NCBI RefSeq assembly: GCF_963921235.1
Contig: NC_086118.1
Coordinates: 20,586,001-20,650,000, forward strand
Source of the DNA: Mobula hypostoma
Lineage: Eukaryota
Direction: 5' to 3'
DNA length: 64,000 nt
The notes below the pieces were generated by a model, which saw only the letters and a list, made by a program, of their open reading frames with translations, did not search any database and had not been told where the DNA came from. Each line of letters starts with the position of its first letter. Position 1 is the stretch's first letter. Below, piece by piece: positions 60,793 to 64,000 of the stretch. A program made the translations under genes and the position numbers.

Positions 60793-63378
60793 CAAGACCA
60801 TAAGACAAAAGAGCAGAAGTCAGCCATTTGGCCCATCAAGTCTGCTCTGCCATTTTATCATGAGCTGATCCATTCTCCCATTTAGTCCCACTCCCCCGCC
60901 TTCTCACCATAACCTTTGATGCCCTGGCTACTAAGATACCCATCAACCCCTGCCTTAAATACACCCAATGACTTGGCCTCCACTGCTGCCCATGGTAACA
61001 AATTCCATAGATTCACCACCCTCTGACTAAAAAAAATTTCTTCGCATTTCTGTTCTGAATGAGCGCCCTTCAATCCTTAAGTCATGCCCTCTCGTACTAG
61101 ACTCCCCCATCATGGGAAACAACTTTGCCACATCCACTCTGTCCATGCCTTTCAACATTTGAAACGTTTCTATGAGGTCTCCCCTCATTCTTCTAAACTC
61201 CAAGGAATATAGTCCAAGAGCGGACAAACGTTCCTCATATGTTAACCCTCTCATTCTCGGAATCATTCTAGTGAATCTTCTCTGTACCCTCTCCAACATC
61301 AGCACATCCTTTCTTAAATAGAGACCAAAACTGCCCACAGTACTCCAAGTGAGGTCTCACCAGCGCCTTATAGAGCCTCAACGTCACATCCCTGCTCCTA
61401 TACTCTAGAAATGAATGCCAACATTGCATTTGCCTTCTTCACCATCAACTCAACCTGGAGGTAAACCTTAAGGGTATCCTATACGAGGACTCCTGAGTCC
61501 CGTTGCATCTCAGAACTTTGAATTCTCTCTCCATTTAAATAATAGTCTGCCCGTTTATTTCTTCTGCCCAAGTGCATAACCATACACTTTCCAACATTGT
61601 ATTTCATTTGCCACTTCCTTGCCCATTCTTCCAAACTATCCAAGTCTCTCTGTAGACTCTGTTTCCTCAGTACTACCGGCCCCTCCACCTATCTTCATCG
61701 TCAGCAAACTTAGCCACAAAGCCATCTATTCCATAATCCAAATCATTGATGTACAATGTAAAAAGAAGCAGCCCCAACACCGACCCCTGTGGAACACCAC
61801 TGGTAACCGGCAGCCAGCCAAAATAGGATACCTTTATTCCCACTATCTGTTTCCTGCCAATCAGCCAACGCTCTATCCACGTATGTAACTTTCCTGTAAT
61901 TCCATGGACTCTTATCTTGTTAAGTAGCCTCATGTGTGGCACCTTGTCAAAGGCCTTCTGAAAATCCAAATATACAACATCCACTGCATCTCCCTTGTCT
62001 AGCCTACTGGTAATTTCCTCGAAAAATTGTAATAGGTTTGTCAGGCAGGATTTTCCTTTAAGGAATCCATGTTGAATTCTGCCTATCTTGTCATATGCCT
62101 CCAGCTACTCTGTAACCTCATCCTTGACAATCAACTCCAACAACTTCCCAACCACCGATGTCAAGCTAACAGGTCTATAATTTCCTTTATGCTTCCTTGC
62201 CCCCTTCTTAAATAGCAGAGTGACATTTGCAATCTTCCAGTCCTCTGGAACTTCCAGTCCTCTGGAACCATGCCAGAATCTATCGACTTTTGAAAGATCA
62301 TCACTAATGCCTCCGCAATCTCCACAGCTACTTCCTTCAGAACATGAGGGTGCATTCCATCTGGTCCGGGAGATTTATCTACCTTTAGACTATTCAGCTT
62401 CCGGAGTACTTTCTCTATCGTAATTGTGACTGGGCACACTTCTCTTCCCTGCCACCCTTGAGTGTCCGGTATACTGCTGATGTCTTCCTCAGTAAAGACT
62501 GATGCAAAATACTCGTTCAGTTCCTCCGCCATCTCCTTATCTCCCATTACAATTTCTCCAGCATCATTTTCTATCGGTCCTATATCTACCTTCACCTGTC
62601 TTTTACTCTTCATATACTTGAAAAAGCTTTTAGTATCCTCTTTGATATTATTTACTAGCTTCCTTTCATAGTTAATCTTTTCCCTCTTAATGACCTTCTT
62701 AGTTTCCTTTTGTAAGCTTTTAAAAACTTCCCAATCCTCTGTCTTCCCACTAATTTTTGCTTCCTTGTATGCCCTCTCCATTGCTTTAACTTTGGCTTTG
62801 ACTTCTCTTGTCAACCATGGTTGCATCCTTTTTCCATTCGAAAATCTCTTCTTTTTAGGAATATACCTGTCTTGCACCTTCCTCACTTCTCGCATAAACT
62901 CCAGCCACTGCTGCTCTGCCGTCTTTCCCGCCAGTGTCACCTTCCAGTCAACTTTGGCCAGTTCCTCTCTCATGCCACTGTAATTTCCTTACTCCACTGA
63001 AATACCGACACATCAGATTTCGGCTTCTCTTTTTCAAATTTCACAGTGAACTCAATCATGTTATGATCACTGCCTCCTAAGGGTTCCTTCACCTCAATCT
63101 CTCTAATCACCTCTGGTTCATTACACAATACCCAATCCAGTATAGCCAATCCCCTAGTGGGCTCAACAACAAGCTGTTCTAAAAAGCCATCTCGCAGACA
63201 TTCTACAAATTCTCTCTCTTGAGATCCAGTGCTGACCTGATTTTCCCAATTCACTCGCATGTTAAAATCCCCAATTATCATAACACTGCCCTTCTGACAA
63301 GCCTTTTCTATTTCTTGTTGTAATTTGTAGTCCACATCACTTCAGCTGATTAGAGGCCTATAAATAACTGCCATCAGG
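60793..63378 (-). mobile_element. Relatively young CR1 (endonuclease to 3' tail), frameshifted, nested in an older + strand CR1
   Basis: ORFs 62970..63335 (IGDFN..SDHN), 62161..62973, 61673..61984 ([13 protein letters not shown]), 61027..61338; tail caagaccataagac; 17-bp tandem duplication cttccagtcctctggaa near 62234-62267. Confidence 0.9.
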
Positions 63379-64000
63379 CAGTTATTTGGGGGAGATCTTA
63401 AATGGATTTTTTGCATTTGTAGTTACTTGGGAGATGGACAGAGTCTATAGAATGAGGCAAAGCAGCAGTGAGGTCATGAACCCTATACAGATTACAGAAG
63501 AGGTGGTATTTACTGTCTTGAGGCATATTAGGGTGGGCAAATCCCAAGTCCTTTGTTGTTTGTCATCTATATCAACACTCTGTATGAAAATGTGGTTGAA
63601 TGGAAAAGCAAATTTGTGGATGACACCAAGATTGGGAGTGCAGTGGATAGCGAGGAAGGCTATCATGACTGGCAGCAGGATCTGGACCAGCTGGCAAAAT
63701 TGCAGACGGAATTTAAGGCAGACAGGTGTGAGGTGTTGCACTTTGGTAGGACCAACCAGGGTAGGAGTTACACAGCGAACGGTAGGGCACTGAGAACAAA
63801 GGAATCTGGGAATACAGGTACATAATTAATTTAAAGTGGCAATACAGGTAGATAGGACCGTAAAGAAAGCTTTTAGCACATTAGCCTTCATAAATCAAAG
63901 TACTGAGTACAGGAGCTGGGATGCTTTGGTGAAGTTGTACAAGACTTTGGTTAGGCCCAATTTGGAATATTGTGTGCAGTTTTGGTCACCTACCTACAGG

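Larger units (their letters stand above)
57285..64000 (+). mobile_element. Decayed CR1 (5' UTR with CCAAT repeats, ORF1, endonuclease, RT) hosting pogo and an antisense CR1; continues past the window
   Basis: ORFs 57515..57715, 59541..59777 (SGNH-like WLRSWCRREGIRVLDHW), 59883..60080 (EALWVEL..YRP), 63553..63825 (KFVDDTKIG). Confidence 0.8.

Noticed and set aside
38559..64000. RAB40B exon 1 (expected ..YDFLLKFLLVGDSDVGK..) and promoter
   Set aside because: No matching peptide or CpG island seen; probably outside the window. A short exon could have been missed by eye.
1..64000. CRISPR arrays, operons or prokaryotic defence systems
   Set aside because: The sequence is spliced eukaryotic DNA; recurring motifs are dispersed TE copies, not repeat-spacer arrays.

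Overview
Vertebrate genomic DNA, very repeat-rich; the CR1, Penelope, Rex and Tc1 repeat content suggests a cartilaginous fish such as a ray or skate (inference). The only host gene supported is RAB40B (Rab GTPase + SOCS box + CaaX) on the minus strand. Coding exons 2-6 are present with GT-AG boundaries and consistent phases; exon 1 was not found and probably lies beyond 64000. The rest is nested transposable elements: CR1 LINEs (one with an intact 559-aa RT ORF), a decayed near-full-length HERO RLE-type retrotransposon, Rex/Babar and Nimb/I fragments, tRNA-derived SINEs, two solo LTRs, a full-length Tc1, a pogo element, and Tigger, Tc1 and mariner MITEs. The most interesting signals are RNA-structural. 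(1) A TSD-bounded, RTE-derived non-autonomous element begins exactly with an HDV-like ribozyme fold that has a variant core (42534-42684, sense to the RAB40B intron). (2) A family of TSD-flanked Penelope-derived palindromes carries minimal hammerhead ribozymes, on both strands in the best copy. (3) The HERO element is bracketed by a ~170-bp direct repeat of its own 3' end. All calls were made by eye; no searches or folding programs were run, and many TE boundaries are approximate.
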